Of a stretch of DNA of 64,000 bases, positions 1 through 10,090 are shown in pieces; position 1 is the stretch's first letter; each line of letters opens with the position of its first letter. The stretch is from NCBI GenBank assembly GCA_964416315.1, contig CAYQDR010000004.1, forward strand, positions 17,147-81,146. The letters run 5' to 3'. Made by a program: the position numbers and the translations under genes. Origin of the DNA: an uncultured bacterium (lineage in GTDB: Bacteria > Methylomirabilota > Methylomirabilia > Rokubacteriales > DASRDR01). The notes below the pieces were generated by a model. It was not told the DNA's origin. It did not search any database and saw only the letters and a program-made list of their open reading frames with translations.

Positions 1-1652
1 CCGGGCTCCGGGCGACGGTCCGACAGCTCGCGAAAGACGGGGTGACCTCGCTCGCGGTGTGCTTCCTCCACGCCTACGTGAACCCGGCCCACGAGCGCCA
101 GGCGGCGGAGATCGTCCGTCAGGAGGCGCCCCACATCGCGGTGAGCCTCTCTTCCGAGGTTTCCCCCGTGATCCGCGAGTACGAGCGGACGTCCACGACC
201 GTCGTCAACGCTTACGTGATGACGACCGTCCGCGACTACCTCGAGCGGCTCGAGCGGGCGCTCGCCGACCTCGGGTACCGGGGGCGGCTCTTCGTCATGC
301 AGTCGGGAGGCGGCATCGCCACCGCGGAGACGATGGCCCGCTTCCCGGTGCGGATGATCGAGTCGGGTCCCGCCGCGGGGGCCCTCATGGCCGCCGCGTA
401 CGGCAAGGTCACCGGCCATCCCGACCTCGTCGCCTTCGACATGGGGGGGACGACGGCCAAGCTCTCCCTGGTCGCGGGCGGCCGGCCGCAGACGATCCGC
501 GAGTTCGAGCTCCACCGGGTGCGGCTGCAGCCGGGGAGCGGGATCCCCATGAACATCCAGGCCATCGACCTCGTCGAGATCGGCGCCGGCGGAGGCTCCA
601 TCGCGCGCGTCGGGATGGGCGTGATCACGGTGGGCCCCGACTCGGCGGGCGCCGACCCGGGCCCCCTCTGCTACGGGCTCGGCGGCCGGGAGCCCACGGT
701 CACCGACGCGGACCTCGTCCTCGGCTACCTGAACCCCGAGTACTTCCTGGGCGGGCGGATGCGGCTCGACCTGGAGGCGGCGCGGCGCGGGATCGAGGCC
801 GAGATCGCCCGGCCGCTCGGGCTGTCGCTCGCCGAGGCCGCGTGGGGCATCCACCAGCTCGTCAACACCAACATGGAGCTGGCGACGCGGGTGGTCTCGA
901 TCGAGCGCGGCTACGACCCGCGCCAGCTCGCCCTCGCCGCCTTCGGCGGGTCCGGCCCCGTCCACGGCTGCCGGCTCGCCCAGGCCCTCCGGATCCCGCG
1001 CGTGATCCTGCCCGCGGCCGCGGGGGTGACCTCCGCCATCGGCCTCCTCGCCGCGGAGGTGAAGTTCGACCTCTCGCGCTCGTACGTGACGCGCCTCGGG
1101 GCGCTCGACCCGGGCCACTTCCGCCGGATCGTGGAGGAGATGACGGCGGCGGGGAGCGAGGTGGTCCGCGAGGCCGGCGTGACCGGGCCGCTCACGGTCG
1201 CGCGGACGGCCGACCTCCGTTACGTGGGACAGGGCTACGAGCTGACGGTCCCGCTGCCGGACGGCCCGATCGGGGACGACACCGCGGAGCGCCTCCGCGC
1301 GGCGTTCCACTCGGTGTACGCCCAGCGCTACGGCTACGCTGACCCGAAGGCGGAGGTCGAGCTCGTGACCGTGGGGGTCAGCGTGATCGGCGTCGGGCCG
1401 GACGTCCGGCTGCCGGAGCACCGCTCGCCCGCGCGGGACCTCGACGAGGCGCGGAAGCCGGACCGCTCGGTCTACTTCCCGGAGTTCCGCGCGTACCGCC
1501 CCTGCCCCATCTACGACCGGGCGCGGCTGCCGGTCGGCGCCCGGCTCGCGGGGCCGGCGGTCGTCGAGGAGCCGGACTCGACGACCGTGCTCCCGCCCGG
1601 CGCCGTGGCGGAAGTGGACCCCCGGGCGAACCTCCTGGTGAGCTTCCCGTGA
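1..1652 (+). CDS. hyuA: hydantoinase/oxoprolinase A subunit (HyuA family), 5'-partial at window edge
   Basis: ORF 42..1652 stays open to the window start. The translation shows the HyuA-type ATPase fold motifs (DMGGTTAK, ...GGGSIA...). Its stop overlaps the hyuB start (ATGA). Confidence 0.8.
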   Translation, partial: GLRATVRQLAKDGVTSLAVCFLHAYVNPAHERQAAEIVRQEAPHIAVSLSSEVSPVIREYERTSTTVVNAYVMTTVRDYLERLERALADLGYRGRLFVMQSGGGIATAETMARFPVRMIESGPAAGALMAAAYGKVTGHPDLVAFDMGGTTAKLSLVAGGRPQTIREFELHRVRLQPGSGIPMNIQAIDLVEIGAGGGSIARVGMGVITVGPDSAGADPGPLCYGLGGREPTVTDADLVLGYLNPEYFLGGRMRLDLEAARRGIEAEIARPLGLSLAEAAWGIHQLVNTNMELATRVVSIERGYDPRQLALAAFGGSGPVHGCRLAQALRIPRVILPAAAGVTSAIGLLAAEVKFDLSRSYVTRLGALDPGHFRRIVEEMTAAGSEVVREAGVTGPLTVARTADLRYVGQGYELTVPLPDGPIGDDTAERLRAAFHSVYAQRYGYADPKAEVELVTVGVSVIGVGPDVRLPEHRSPARDLDEARKPDRSVYFPEFRAYRPCPIYDRARLPVGARLAGPAVVEEPDSTTVLPPGAVAEVDPRANLLVSFP

Positions 1653-3424
1653 GCCGCCCGGACCCCATCACCCTGGGCGTCATCTGGGGCGCCTTGCAGT
1701 CCATCACGGTCGAAGTGGGGACGACCGTCCACCGGACGGCGCACTCGCAGCAGGCGCGCGAGGGGCAGGACTTCTCCGTCTGCCTCTTCGACCCCGAGGG
1801 GCGCATGACCGCCCAGGGCCCGTACAGCCCGGGCCACATGGGGGCCATGGCCTTCGCCGCCCGGAACGCCATCGCGGCCTTCCCGGGCCGGCTCGAGCGC
1901 GGGGACGTCGTCCTCTTCAACAGCCCCTTCCTCGGCTCGGGCCACTTTCCCGACTTCTTCATGATCCAGCCGGCCTTCCACGACGACGGTCGCCTCATCG
2001 GGTTCGCCGCCAACATCCTCCACCACACGGACGTGGGCGGGATGCGTCCGGGCAGCCAGGCCGTGGAGGGCGTCTTCGACTACTTCCAGGAGGGCCTGCA
2101 CGTGCCCCCGATCCGCCCCTGGAAGAGCGGCGAGGAGCAGGAGGACGTCTTGGCCCTCATCCTCGCCAACACGCGGATGGCGGAGTCCATGCTCGGCGAC
2201 CTCCGCGCCCAGCGGAACTCCCTCCGGGTCGGGGAGCTGCGGCTCATGGAGCTGGTCCAGCGCTACGGCTACGAGACCGTGCAGGCGGCGGTCACCGAGG
2301 TCATGGACCGGACGGAGGCGAAGGTCCGCGCGGCGATCCGCGCGATCCCGGACGGGGTCTACCCGTTCGAGGACTTCATGGACGACTGCGGGCCGGGCAC
2401 GGACCCGATGCGGCTCGTCGTCACGGTGACGGTGCGGGGCGAGGACATCCTCATCGACTTCGCGGGGACGGGCCCGCAGACCGCGTCGGGGATGAACTCC
2501 TACGTCAACTACACCCGCTCGTACTGCTACGCCGCGGTCAAGTGCCTCACCGACCCCTACGGTCCGCAGAACGACGGCGCGTTCCGCCCGGTGCGGATCG
2601 AGGCGCCCCTCGGCTCGTTCCTCAACCCCCGCCCGCCGGCCGGCGGGGGGCCGCGGGCGGTCTTCTGCTACCGGATCTTCGACGCCGTGATCGGCGCCCT
2701 CGCCCCCGCGCTCCCCGACCGCGTGACCGCCGCGGGCTCGCACTTCGCCAACCCCACCTTCGGCGGCTTCGACCCCCGGCGGAACCGCCGGACGGTGATC
2801 TACGAGCTGGTGCTCTCCGGGACGGCCGCGCGTCCCGACCGCGACGGCTGCGAGGCGATGGCGATGGCCTTCAACGCGTCGAACATCCCGGTGGAGTCGC
2901 AGGAGGCGAACCAGCCCGTCCTCGTCGAGCGCTTCGAGCTCTGCCGCGACTCGGCGGGCGCCGGACGCTTCCGCGGCGGAACGGGGATCCGCCGCGACAT
3001 GCGCCTGTTCCTCCGGCAGGGCCAGCTCACGAACAACACCGAGCGGCAGCGCTTCGCGCCCTGGGGGCTCTTCGGCGGCCGCCCCGGGCAGCCGGGGTCG
3101 ACGCGCTTGAACCCCGGGACGCCGCGCGAGCGGCAGATCCACTCGAAGGCCTCCGAGAGCTTCGAGTACGGCGACGTCGTCTCGTTCCAGCAGCCCGGGG
3201 CCGGCGGCTACGGGCCGCCCTGGGACCGCGACCCTGGGGCGGTGCTCCGCGACGTGATCGAGGACTACGTCTCGCTCGAGGGTGCCCGGCGGGACTATGG
3301 CGTCGTCATCGACCCGGCGACGCTGACCGTGGACGAGGCGGCGACCGGGGCGGCGCGCGAGGCGATGCGCGCCGCGGCGCCCGACCCCCTGCCCGTCGTC
3401 ACGCGCCGCGGGCCGCTCTGGTGA
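1649..3424 (+). CDS. hyuB: hydantoinase B/oxoprolinase (HyuB family)
   Basis: 591-aa ORF with HyuB-like sequence throughout and high GC3. Translationally coupled to hyuA. Confidence 0.85.
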   Translation: MSRPDPITLGVIWGALQSITVEVGTTVHRTAHSQQAREGQDFSVCLFDPEGRMTAQGPYSPGHMGAMAFAARNAIAAFPGRLERGDVVLFNSPFLGSGHFPDFFMIQPAFHDDGRLIGFAANILHHTDVGGMRPGSQAVEGVFDYFQEGLHVPPIRPWKSGEEQEDVLALILANTRMAESMLGDLRAQRNSLRVGELRLMELVQRYGYETVQAAVTEVMDRTEAKVRAAIRAIPDGVYPFEDFMDDCGPGTDPMRLVVTVTVRGEDILIDFAGTGPQTASGMNSYVNYTRSYCYAAVKCLTDPYGPQNDGAFRPVRIEAPLGSFLNPRPPAGGGPRAVFCYRIFDAVIGALAPALPDRVTAAGSHFANPTFGGFDPRRNRRTVIYELVLSGTAARPDRDGCEAMAMAFNASNIPVESQEANQPVLVERFELCRDSAGAGRFRGGTGIRRDMRLFLRQGQLTNNTERQRFAPWGLFGGRPGQPGSTRLNPGTPRERQIHSKASESFEYGDVVSFQQPGAGGYGPPWDRDPGAVLRDVIEDYVSLEGARRDYGVVIDPATLTVDEAATGAAREAMRAAAPDPLPVVTRRGPLW

Positions 3425-3475
3425 CCGGAGACCCTCGCCCCGACCCTCTCCCTGGACGGGAGAGGGAATGACCCG

Positions 3476-3531
3476 ATGCAGACGTTCGTCCAGCTCCTGA
3501 TCGGCGGGATCCTCCAGGGCGGGATCTACGC
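3476..3531 (+). repeat. 56-bp direct repeat, copy 1 of the livH 5' end (ATGCAGACGTTCGTCCAGCTCCTGATCGG...)
   Basis: Matches 4363..4418 with one mismatch. Preceded by the strong SD GGGAGAGGGAA. Confidence 0.9.
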
Positions 3532-3969
3532 CGGCCGGTGGCCTTCGAGGAACGGGTTGACCGCGCGCACCGCCCCGTAGACACGGTCGTGTTGGAAGTC
3601 CTCGGAGCACAGTTCGGCCAGCCCGTACTCCTCCGCGTACGCCCACAGGTGGGCGTCGAACCAGTCGAGCTGGTACGTCGCCCAGCCCCGGATCGCCGTG
3701 CGCACCAGGTTCTCGGTCGGATAGAGCACGACGAACTGCGTCAGCAGTTCCTCGGCCTCGCGCCGCGCGTCGGCCGGCGAGAGCAGCGGCTCGCCTCCAT
3801 CCAGAGGTCGCGTGACGGCCGCCACGAACTCGACGATGCCTTGGTGCGGGATGCGCACGCTGTCCTCGAGGAGCCCGCGACGCAGGAGACCGGTGGCAAT
3901 CTCCTGCTTGGCGGGAAACCGCGGGTCGAAGCGGTAGACGAGGACGTTCGTGTCAACGAGCGCGGCCAC
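3526..3969 (-). CDS. vapC: PIN-domain toxin VapC
   Basis: GTG start, N-terminal VDTNVLV motif, conserved acidic residues, ~147 aa. Overlaps the end of the upstream antitoxin gene. Confidence 0.8.
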   Translation of the reverse strand: MAALVDTNVLVYRFDPRFPAKQEIATGLLRRGLLEDSVRIPHQGIVEFVAAVTRPLDGGEPLLSPADARREAEELLTQFVVLYPTENLVRTAIRGWATYQLDWFDAHLWAYAEEYGLAELCSEDFQHDRVYGAVRAVNPFLEGHRPA

Positions 3970-4240
3970 GGTCGTAGAGCTCCTGGCGACGCCACCCGCG
4001 CCCCTGGGCGGTGCGCGATGGGCGCCGCTCAGCCTCGCGCCGCCGCTGGCGCTCCGTCGCCGCGTCGAAGAGTCGGGCCCTCGCCGCAACATCGAGCGTA
4101 GAGGCGCGCCTGCCGGCGGGCAGGACCCGGATGGCGTCCCCGGCGGGGACCCACTCGATCTGGTCCCCGGGGCGGATACCGTACTGCTCGGCGATGGCTT
4201 TCGGGACCGTGACCTGGAGCTTGCTCGTGACTTTCGCCAT
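3953..4240 (-). CDS. vapB: AbrB/MazE (SpoVT_AbrB)-type antitoxin VapB
   Basis: MAKVTSKLQVTVPKAIAEQYGIRPGDQIEWV swapped-hairpin motif, 95 aa. Lies immediately upstream of and overlapping vapC. Confidence 0.75.
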   Translation of the reverse strand: MAKVTSKLQVTVPKAIAEQYGIRPGDQIEWVPAGDAIRVLPAGRRASTLDVAARARLFDAATERQRRREAERRPSRTAQGRGWRRQELYDRGRAR

Positions 4241-4362
4241 GTCCTTACTCTAGCAAGGACGAAATCCTTGTCAAGAGCCGGCGCGACCCCGGAGCGAGGA
4301 TCGAGTCGGCGACCGGCGGCGGTCTATGACGCCGGTCGCTGCGCGTGGTAGGCTCCTGGCCC

Positions 4363-4418
4363 ATGCAGACGTTCGTCCAGCTCCTGATCGGGGGGATCCT
4401 CCAGGGCGGGATCTACGC
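4363..4418 (+). repeat. 56-bp direct repeat, copy 2 (the actual livH start)
   Basis: Matches 3476..3531. Confidence 0.9.
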
Positions 4419-5223
4419 GCTGGGGGCCTTCGGCCTCTCCATCATCTTCGGGGTGCTCCGCGTCCTCAACGTCGCTCACGGCGACTACCTGATGCTCGGC
4501 GGCATGCTCACCTACTGGCTCTACACCACGTGGACCCTGCCGCCGTGGATCGCGCTGCTCGTCGTCTTCCCGGTCTTCTTCGCGGGCGGCTTCCTGGTCG
4601 AGCGCCTCTTGATCCGGCCGATCGCCGGGATGCCGCACCACGAGTTCCTCGTCGCCTCGATCCTCATCACCCTCGGCCTCTCGCTCGCGATCGAGGACGT
4701 GACGGCCTTCGCGCTGGTCCAGCCGGTCAAGGGCATCGACTACTTCCTCCCGCCGCTCCGCGTGGGCACGATCGTGGTCTCGTCCCTGCGGCTCCTCTTC
4801 CTCGCCATCATCGTGGCGCTGACCATCGGGATCCACCTCTTCCTGCGCCGGAGCTTCTGGGGGAAGGCGCTGCGTGCCGTGATGGAAGACCGCGAGGGGG
4901 CGATGCTGGCCGGGATCGACATCGGCACCGCGTCCGCCGTGGCGTTCGCCCTGGGGACGGCGCTCACGGCGACGGCGGGCGTCTTCTTCGTCACCCTCAT
5001 CCCGGTGGACCCCCACATCGGCATCCCGCTCACGCTCAAGTACCTCGCCATCATCGTCCTCGGCGGCGTCGGGAGCCTCCCCGGCGCGCTGGCGGGGAGC
5101 GTGGTGCTCGGGCTCGCGGAGTCGCTCGTCTCCTTCTACGTCGGCGCGCAGTGGTCGCTCACCGTCGCCTTCCTCGTCCTGATCGCGATCCTGCTCCTCC
5201 GGCCGCGCGGGCTCCTCGGCTGA
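4363..5223 (+). CDS. livH: branched-chain amino acid ABC transporter permease LivH
   Basis: MQTFVQLLIGGILQGGIYALGAFGLSIIFGV... is a typical LivH N-terminus. The ORF-track start at 4345 is a GTG extension. Confidence 0.85.
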   Translation: MQTFVQLLIGGILQGGIYALGAFGLSIIFGVLRVLNVAHGDYLMLGGMLTYWLYTTWTLPPWIALLVVFPVFFAGGFLVERLLIRPIAGMPHHEFLVASILITLGLSLAIEDVTAFALVQPVKGIDYFLPPLRVGTIVVSSLRLLFLAIIVALTIGIHLFLRRSFWGKALRAVMEDREGAMLAGIDIGTASAVAFALGTALTATAGVFFVTLIPVDPHIGIPLTLKYLAIIVLGGVGSLPGALAGSVVLGLAESLVSFYVGAQWSLTVAFLVLIAILLLRPRGLLG

Positions 5224-6152
5224 TGCGCCGGCTGCCCGTGCTCCTCGGCCTCGCGCTCTTCGCCGTCTTCGCGGGGCTCCCGTACGTGACGACGACGTAC
5301 CGGGTCGCGTTCCTCCTCGCGGTCTTCATCGCGGCCATCCTCGCCCAGAGCTACGACTGGGTCGGCGGCCACATGGGCTACCTCAACCTCGGCCACGCCT
5401 CGTTCTTCGGGATCGGGGCGTACACCTCCGGGATCCTCCTCAAGGCCGGCTGGCCGATCGGGCTCGCGTTCACGGCCGGCGTCCTGCTCGCGGTCGCGTT
5501 CGCCCTCCTCATCAGCTACCCCTTCTTCCGCCTCCGCGGCGCCTACTTCGCCCTCGCGACGTTCGGCCTCGTGGCCCTCCTCGAGCTGCTCGCCTCGAAC
5601 CTGTCGTGGCTGACCGGTGGCTCGGAGGGCCTCACGATCGCGACCGGCTACCAGCTCTACGGCGCCTACTACGCGGCGCTGATCCTGCTGGCCCTCGTCG
5701 TCACGGCCACGGCGTGGCTCGCGCGCTCGCGGCTCGGGCTCGCGCTGGTCTCGATCCGCGAGGACGAGGAGGTGGCCGGCGCGTTCGGCGTCAACGCCTA
5801 CGCCGTCAAGTGCCTGGCGTTGATGGCGAGCGCCGCCGTGGCAGGGCTCGCCGGCGGGCTCTACTGCTGGTACCTCACCTACATCATCCCGGCGACCGTC
5901 TTCGGGCTGGACGTCGCCATCGGCCCGATCGTCATGGCGATGCTCGGGGGCTCGGGCACCGTGGTCGGGCCGCTCCTCGGGGCGTTCGTCGTGGACGTGG
6001 TCCGCGAGGTCCTGCGGCTCAAGACGCAATACCTCGCGCTCACGGTCTACGGCGCCATCCTCGTCCTCGTCGGGCTCTTCCTCCCCGGCGGCCTCGCCGA
6101 GCCCCACCGCTGGCGGCGGCTGGCGGTCCGCCTCCGGCGACGCGCGACCTGA
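5223..6152 (+). CDS. livM: branched-chain amino acid ABC transporter permease LivM
   Basis: ATG overlaps the livH stop (TGATG). LivM-like TM protein. Part of the artefactual 4326..6152 ORF. Confidence 0.85.
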   Translation: MRRLPVLLGLALFAVFAGLPYVTTTYRVAFLLAVFIAAILAQSYDWVGGHMGYLNLGHASFFGIGAYTSGILLKAGWPIGLAFTAGVLLAVAFALLISYPFFRLRGAYFALATFGLVALLELLASNLSWLTGGSEGLTIATGYQLYGAYYAALILLALVVTATAWLARSRLGLALVSIREDEEVAGAFGVNAYAVKCLALMASAAVAGLAGGLYCWYLTYIIPATVFGLDVAIGPIVMAMLGGSGTVVGPLLGAFVVDVVREVLRLKTQYLALTVYGAILVLVGLFLPGGLAEPHRWRRLAVRLRRRAT

Positions 6153-6218
6153 CGCCCGCCGCCCCGCCGTCCGAGGCGGCGCCGGGCCTCGGCATCAGTG
6201 AGTGGTAGAATCGTCGCC

Positions 6219-6473
6219 ATGAAAGACAAGAAGGCCGCGCCCAGGAGCACGAGCTCGAAGAGCAAGAAGGCGTCATCACGCGTGACCGCGGCGAAGTGGG
6301 AGGCGGCGGCCGCGGCTGGCGCCGCCGCGCGACGCGCGCAGCGGCAGGCGATCGGGCAGGCCTCGGTGGAGAAGGTCGCCAGGCGCCAGTTCCAGAAGAC
6401 GCGCGGGCAGGCGATCCAAGCTCACATCGGCGCACGGGACCGGCGCCAGCAGGCGAGGCGTGACTCCCGCTGA
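6219..6473 (+). CDS. small highly basic (K/R-rich) hypothetical protein
   Basis: 84 codons with GC3 about 87%. Internal ATG (MKDKK...) of ORF 6198..6473. No clear SD. Confidence 0.35.
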   Translation: MKDKKAAPRSTSSKSKKASSRVTAAKWEAAAAAGAAARRAQRQAIGQASVEKVARRQFQKTRGQAIQAHIGARDRRQQARRDSR

Positions 6474-6482
6474 CGGAGACCA

Positions 6483-7886
6483 TCAGAGCCGTCCCGTCCA
6501 CAGCCGATCGTGCGACACGAACACGGCGCGCATGTCGGGCCAGCCGCGCTCCCGGACCACGCGCCGCACAACCTCGATCATCTCCTCGGGATCCTGACTC
6601 GACGCCGGCAGGAGCAGCGGCAGCACGCCGCGCACGAGCGCCAGTCGCCGACAGGTCTCCGGGTCGCCGGTCAAGGCGACGATCGGCTGCGCGGGACGGT
6701 GCTTGGCGGCGAGGTGGGCCGTCTCGCCGGTCCGGGTCACCGTCACGACCACGTCGACCCCGCGATGGGCCGCGAGCTGACACGCCGCCCGCACCACCGC
6801 CTCCTCGTCGCTCTGCGGCGGCTCCGCCGACGCGCCGCACGGTCGCGGGCCGTGGACCGCGCCCCGCTCCGTCTCCAGCGCGATGGCGGCCATGACCTCC
6901 ACGGCACGCACCGGGTGCCTGCCGACCGCCGTCTCCTCCGACAGCATCACGGCGTCGCTCCCGTCCAGGACGGCATTCGCGACGTCGGCGACCTCGGCCC
7001 GCGTCGGTTGCGGCGAGGACACCATCGAGAAGAGCATCTGGGTGGCCGTGACGACCGGTTTCGCCCGCCGGTTCGCCTCGGCGATGAGATGCTTCTGCAC
7101 GATGGGAACACGGGCGAACGGCGTCTCGATGCTGAGATCGCCGCGGGCGATCATGATCCCGTCGGCGGCGTCGAGGATCTCGTCGAAGTGGTCCAGCGCC
7201 GCCTGGGTCTCGATCTTCGCGATCACGGGCACGTGGCCGCCGAGGCGCGCGATGTGGGCCCGGGCCGCGCGCACGTCGTCGGCCGTGCGGACGAACGAGA
7301 GCCCAAGGTAGTCGATCCCCTGCGCCAGGCCGACGCGCAGGTCACGCAGGTCCTTGTCACCCAGGATGGGCAGATCCGGCAGCCCCGAGGGGACGTTGAC
7401 GCCCTTGCGGCTGCCGAGGCGGCCGCCGACGACCACCTGGCACTGGATGTCCTCGTCGGTCACGCGCTCGACGCGGAGGTGGATGACGCCGTCGGCGAGG
7501 AGCAGCGTGTCGCCCACGCCCACCTCGGCGGGGAGCCCCGCGTACGAAACGGACACACGATCGCGGGAGCCCTCGACCGGGCGCGTCGTGAGGGTAAATG
7601 GGCGCCCGGGCTCGAGCTCGACGCTGCCGTGCGCCAGCGTGCCGATGCGCACCTTCGGGCCCGCGAGATCCTGGAGGATCGCCGTGGGGAGGTCGAGCTC
7701 GTCGCTGAGCGCGCGGATCGCGGCGAGGGCGGCCTCGTGCTCCGCCGGCTCGCCGTGAGAGAAGTTGAGCCGGGCGACGTTCATCCCGCGCTCGAGGAGC
7801 GCCCGGAGCTGCGCCCGGGCCGAGGTGGCCGGCCCGATGGTGCAGACGATCTTCGTCCTCCGCTCGATGCCGGGGATGTCCTTCAT
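6483..7886 (-). CDS. pyk: pyruvate kinase
   Basis: MKDIPGIERRTKIVCTIGPAT...NFSHG signature. ATG at 7886 preceded by GGGAGA. The ORF-track extension to 8045 is spurious. Confidence 0.9.
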   Translation of the reverse strand: MKDIPGIERRTKIVCTIGPATSARAQLRALLERGMNVARLNFSHGEPAEHEAALAAIRALSDELDLPTAILQDLAGPKVRIGTLAHGSVELEPGRPFTLTTRPVEGSRDRVSVSYAGLPAEVGVGDTLLLADGVIHLRVERVTDEDIQCQVVVGGRLGSRKGVNVPSGLPDLPILGDKDLRDLRVGLAQGIDYLGLSFVRTADDVRAARAHIARLGGHVPVIAKIETQAALDHFDEILDAADGIMIARGDLSIETPFARVPIVQKHLIAEANRRAKPVVTATQMLFSMVSSPQPTRAEVADVANAVLDGSDAVMLSEETAVGRHPVRAVEVMAAIALETERGAVHGPRPCGASAEPPQSDEEAVVRAACQLAAHRGVDVVVTVTRTGETAHLAAKHRPAQPIVALTGDPETCRRLALVRGVLPLLLPASSQDPEEMIEVVRRVVRERGWPDMRAVFVSHDRLWTGRL

Positions 7887-8150
7887 TCGTCTCCCGCCGA
7901 TGGTAACCTCCCCGCCGCTTCGTCGTACACTGGGTACGAAGGTCGCCGGTGGCGACCGGAACATCACCCCGTGAGGATCCCGAAGCCCCACGATCGCTCG
8001 TTGATCCCGTCGCGGCGGGCCCGTCTCCTTCGAGGGAAACGACACCGCGTTCGAAGCTGACTGGACAAGGAGTGACGGTCATGGTGTACGACCCACAGCC
8101 GCCCACGGCTGCGGCAGGCCGATGACCGAGCCGCGCACACCGGAGGCGAG

Positions 8151-9943
8151 GTGACGTCAGCGCCGATCGAGGACTACGCGCTGATCGGCGACTGCGAGAC
8201 GGCCGCGCTGGTGAACCGGAGCGGGTCGATCGACTGGCTCTGCTTCCCGCGCTTCGACTCACCGGCCTGCTTCGCGGCGCTGCTCGGCGGTCCGGAGCAC
8301 GGCCGCTGGCTCCTCGCGCCGGCGGGCGAGCCGCGGGCGGTCCGCCGGCGCTATCGCGAGGGCACGCTCGTGCTCGAACCGAATTCGAGACCGCGGAGGG
8401 CGTCGCGGCGGTCATCGACTGCATGCCGGTCCGCAGCGGCGTGCCGGACGTCTTCCGCGTGGTCGAGGGCCGGCGCGGGCGCGTGCCGATGCGCACGGAG
8501 CTCACCATCCGCTTCGACTACGGCTCGTTGATTCCGTGGGTGCGCCGGACCGAGGACGGGCTCACGGCGATCGGCGGTGCGAACTTGATCCGCGTCCGCA
8601 CGCCGGTCCCGCTGCGAGGCGAGAACTTCCACACGGTAGGCGAGTTCACGGTGTCGCCCGGCGAGCACATCCCCTTCACGCTCGAGTGGCAGCGCTCCTA
8701 CCAGCCATCGGCGGCCCGGGAGGACCCCGAGCGGAGCATCGCAGCCACCGAACGGTGGTGGCGCGAGTGGTCGGACCGCTGCGCCTATCAGGGACCGTAC
8801 CGTGACGCCGTCGTCCGCTCGCTGATTACCCTCAAGGCGCTGACCTACCGGCCGAGCGGGGGCCTCCTCGCGGCCGCGACCACCTCGCTGCCAGAGTGGC
8901 TCGGCGGCGTCCGCAACTGGGACTACCGCTTCTGCTGGCTCCGGGACGCCACGTTCACGCTCTACGCGCTGATGCTCGGTGGCTATACCCAGGAGGCGTC
9001 CGACTGGCGCGAGTGGCTCCTGCGCGCGGTGGCTGGCGAGCCGTCGCAGGCCCAGATCCTCTACGGCGTGGCCGGCGAGAGGCTGGTGCCGGAGTGGGAG
9101 CTCGGCTGGCTGCCCGGCTACGCGGGCTCGATGCCCGTGCGCGTGGGCAACGCCGCCGCCTCGCAGTTCCAGCTCGACGTCTACGGCGAGGTGATGGACG
9201 CCCTCCACACGGCGCGCCGGCTCGGGCTACCCCCTGACGAGAACGCCTGGCACGTCCAGCGGCGGATGGTGGAGTTCGTCGAGCGCGCCTGCTGGGAGCC
9301 CGACGAGGGGATCTGGGAGGTGCGCGGCCCACGCCGCCACTTCACGCACTCGAAGGTGATGGCCTGGGTCGCGCTCGACCGTGCCGTCAAGGCCGTCGAG
9401 CGCTTCGGCCTCGAGGGCCCGGTGGATCGGTGGCGAACCGCGCGCAACCAGATCCACGCCGACGTCTGCGCGAAGGGCTACGATCCGGAGATTGGCGCCT
9501 TCGTGCAGTTCTACGGCGGGCGGCTCCTCGACGCGAGTCTCTTGATGATCCCGCTCGTCGGCTTCCTGTCCGCCGACGACCCGCGCATGCGCGGGACGGT
9601 GAAGGCCATCGAGGAGCGGCTGACGACCGACGGCTTCGTCGCGCGCTATCCCACGGTCCCCGAGGTGGACGGCCTGCCGCCGGGCGAGGGCGCTTTCCTG
9701 CCGTGCTCGTTCTGGCTTGCGGACAACCTCGCGCTCCAGGGTCGCCACGACGCGGCCCGCGCGCTGTTCGAACGGCTGCTGGCCGTGCGCAACGACGTCG
9801 GGCTCCTCGCCGAGGAGTACGAGCCGCGTACGCGCCGCATGCTCGGCAACTTCCCCCAGGCGATGTCGCACATGGCGCTGATCAACACGGCGGCCAACCT
9901 CACGAAGGCCCGCGGCCCGGCGCAGGACCGCAAGGAGAGCTGA
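8151..9943 (+). pseudogene. GH15 glucoamylase-family glycoside hydrolase, interrupted by a -1 frameshift near 8378
   Basis: N-terminus (IEDYALIGDCETAALV...GTLVLE) is in frame 0. The remainder (TEFETAEGVAAVIDCMPV...WLRD...) is in frame 2. One A appears missing in GAAACC. Confidence 0.55.
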
Positions 9944-9948
9944 GGGGC

Positions 9949-9979
9949 GGACCGGCCCGGAGGGTCCCCCGGGCCGGTC
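9949..9979 (+). terminator. GC-rich hairpin immediately after the GH15 stop (no U-tract)
   Basis: GACCGGCCCGG-N8-CCGGGCCGGTC perfect inverted repeat. Confidence 0.3.
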
Positions 9980-10061
9980 ACATCGCGGCGGCCTCGCGCA
10001 GACGCCGATTCACCGCGGTCCAGTCCACGTTGCGGTCCTCGGGACCGGTCACTCAGGGCTT

Positions 10062-10090
10062 GACCAGGTTGTTCTGGTGTACTACACTAG
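10062..10090 (+). promoter_or_regulatory. sigma70-like promoter TTGACC-17-TACACT
   Basis: Consensus-like -35/-10 elements in a locally AT-richer stretch, about 1 kb upstream of cgs. Confidence 0.4.

Noticed and set aside
1511-3646. 711-aa minus-strand ORF antisense to hyuA/hyuB
   Set aside because: R/G/P-rich translation typical of an antisense frame in high-GC DNA. It overlaps two well-supported genes.
4326-6152. 608-aa plus-strand ORF
   Set aside because: The 5' two-thirds is an out-of-frame read of livH. Only the 3' part from 5223 (livM) is real.
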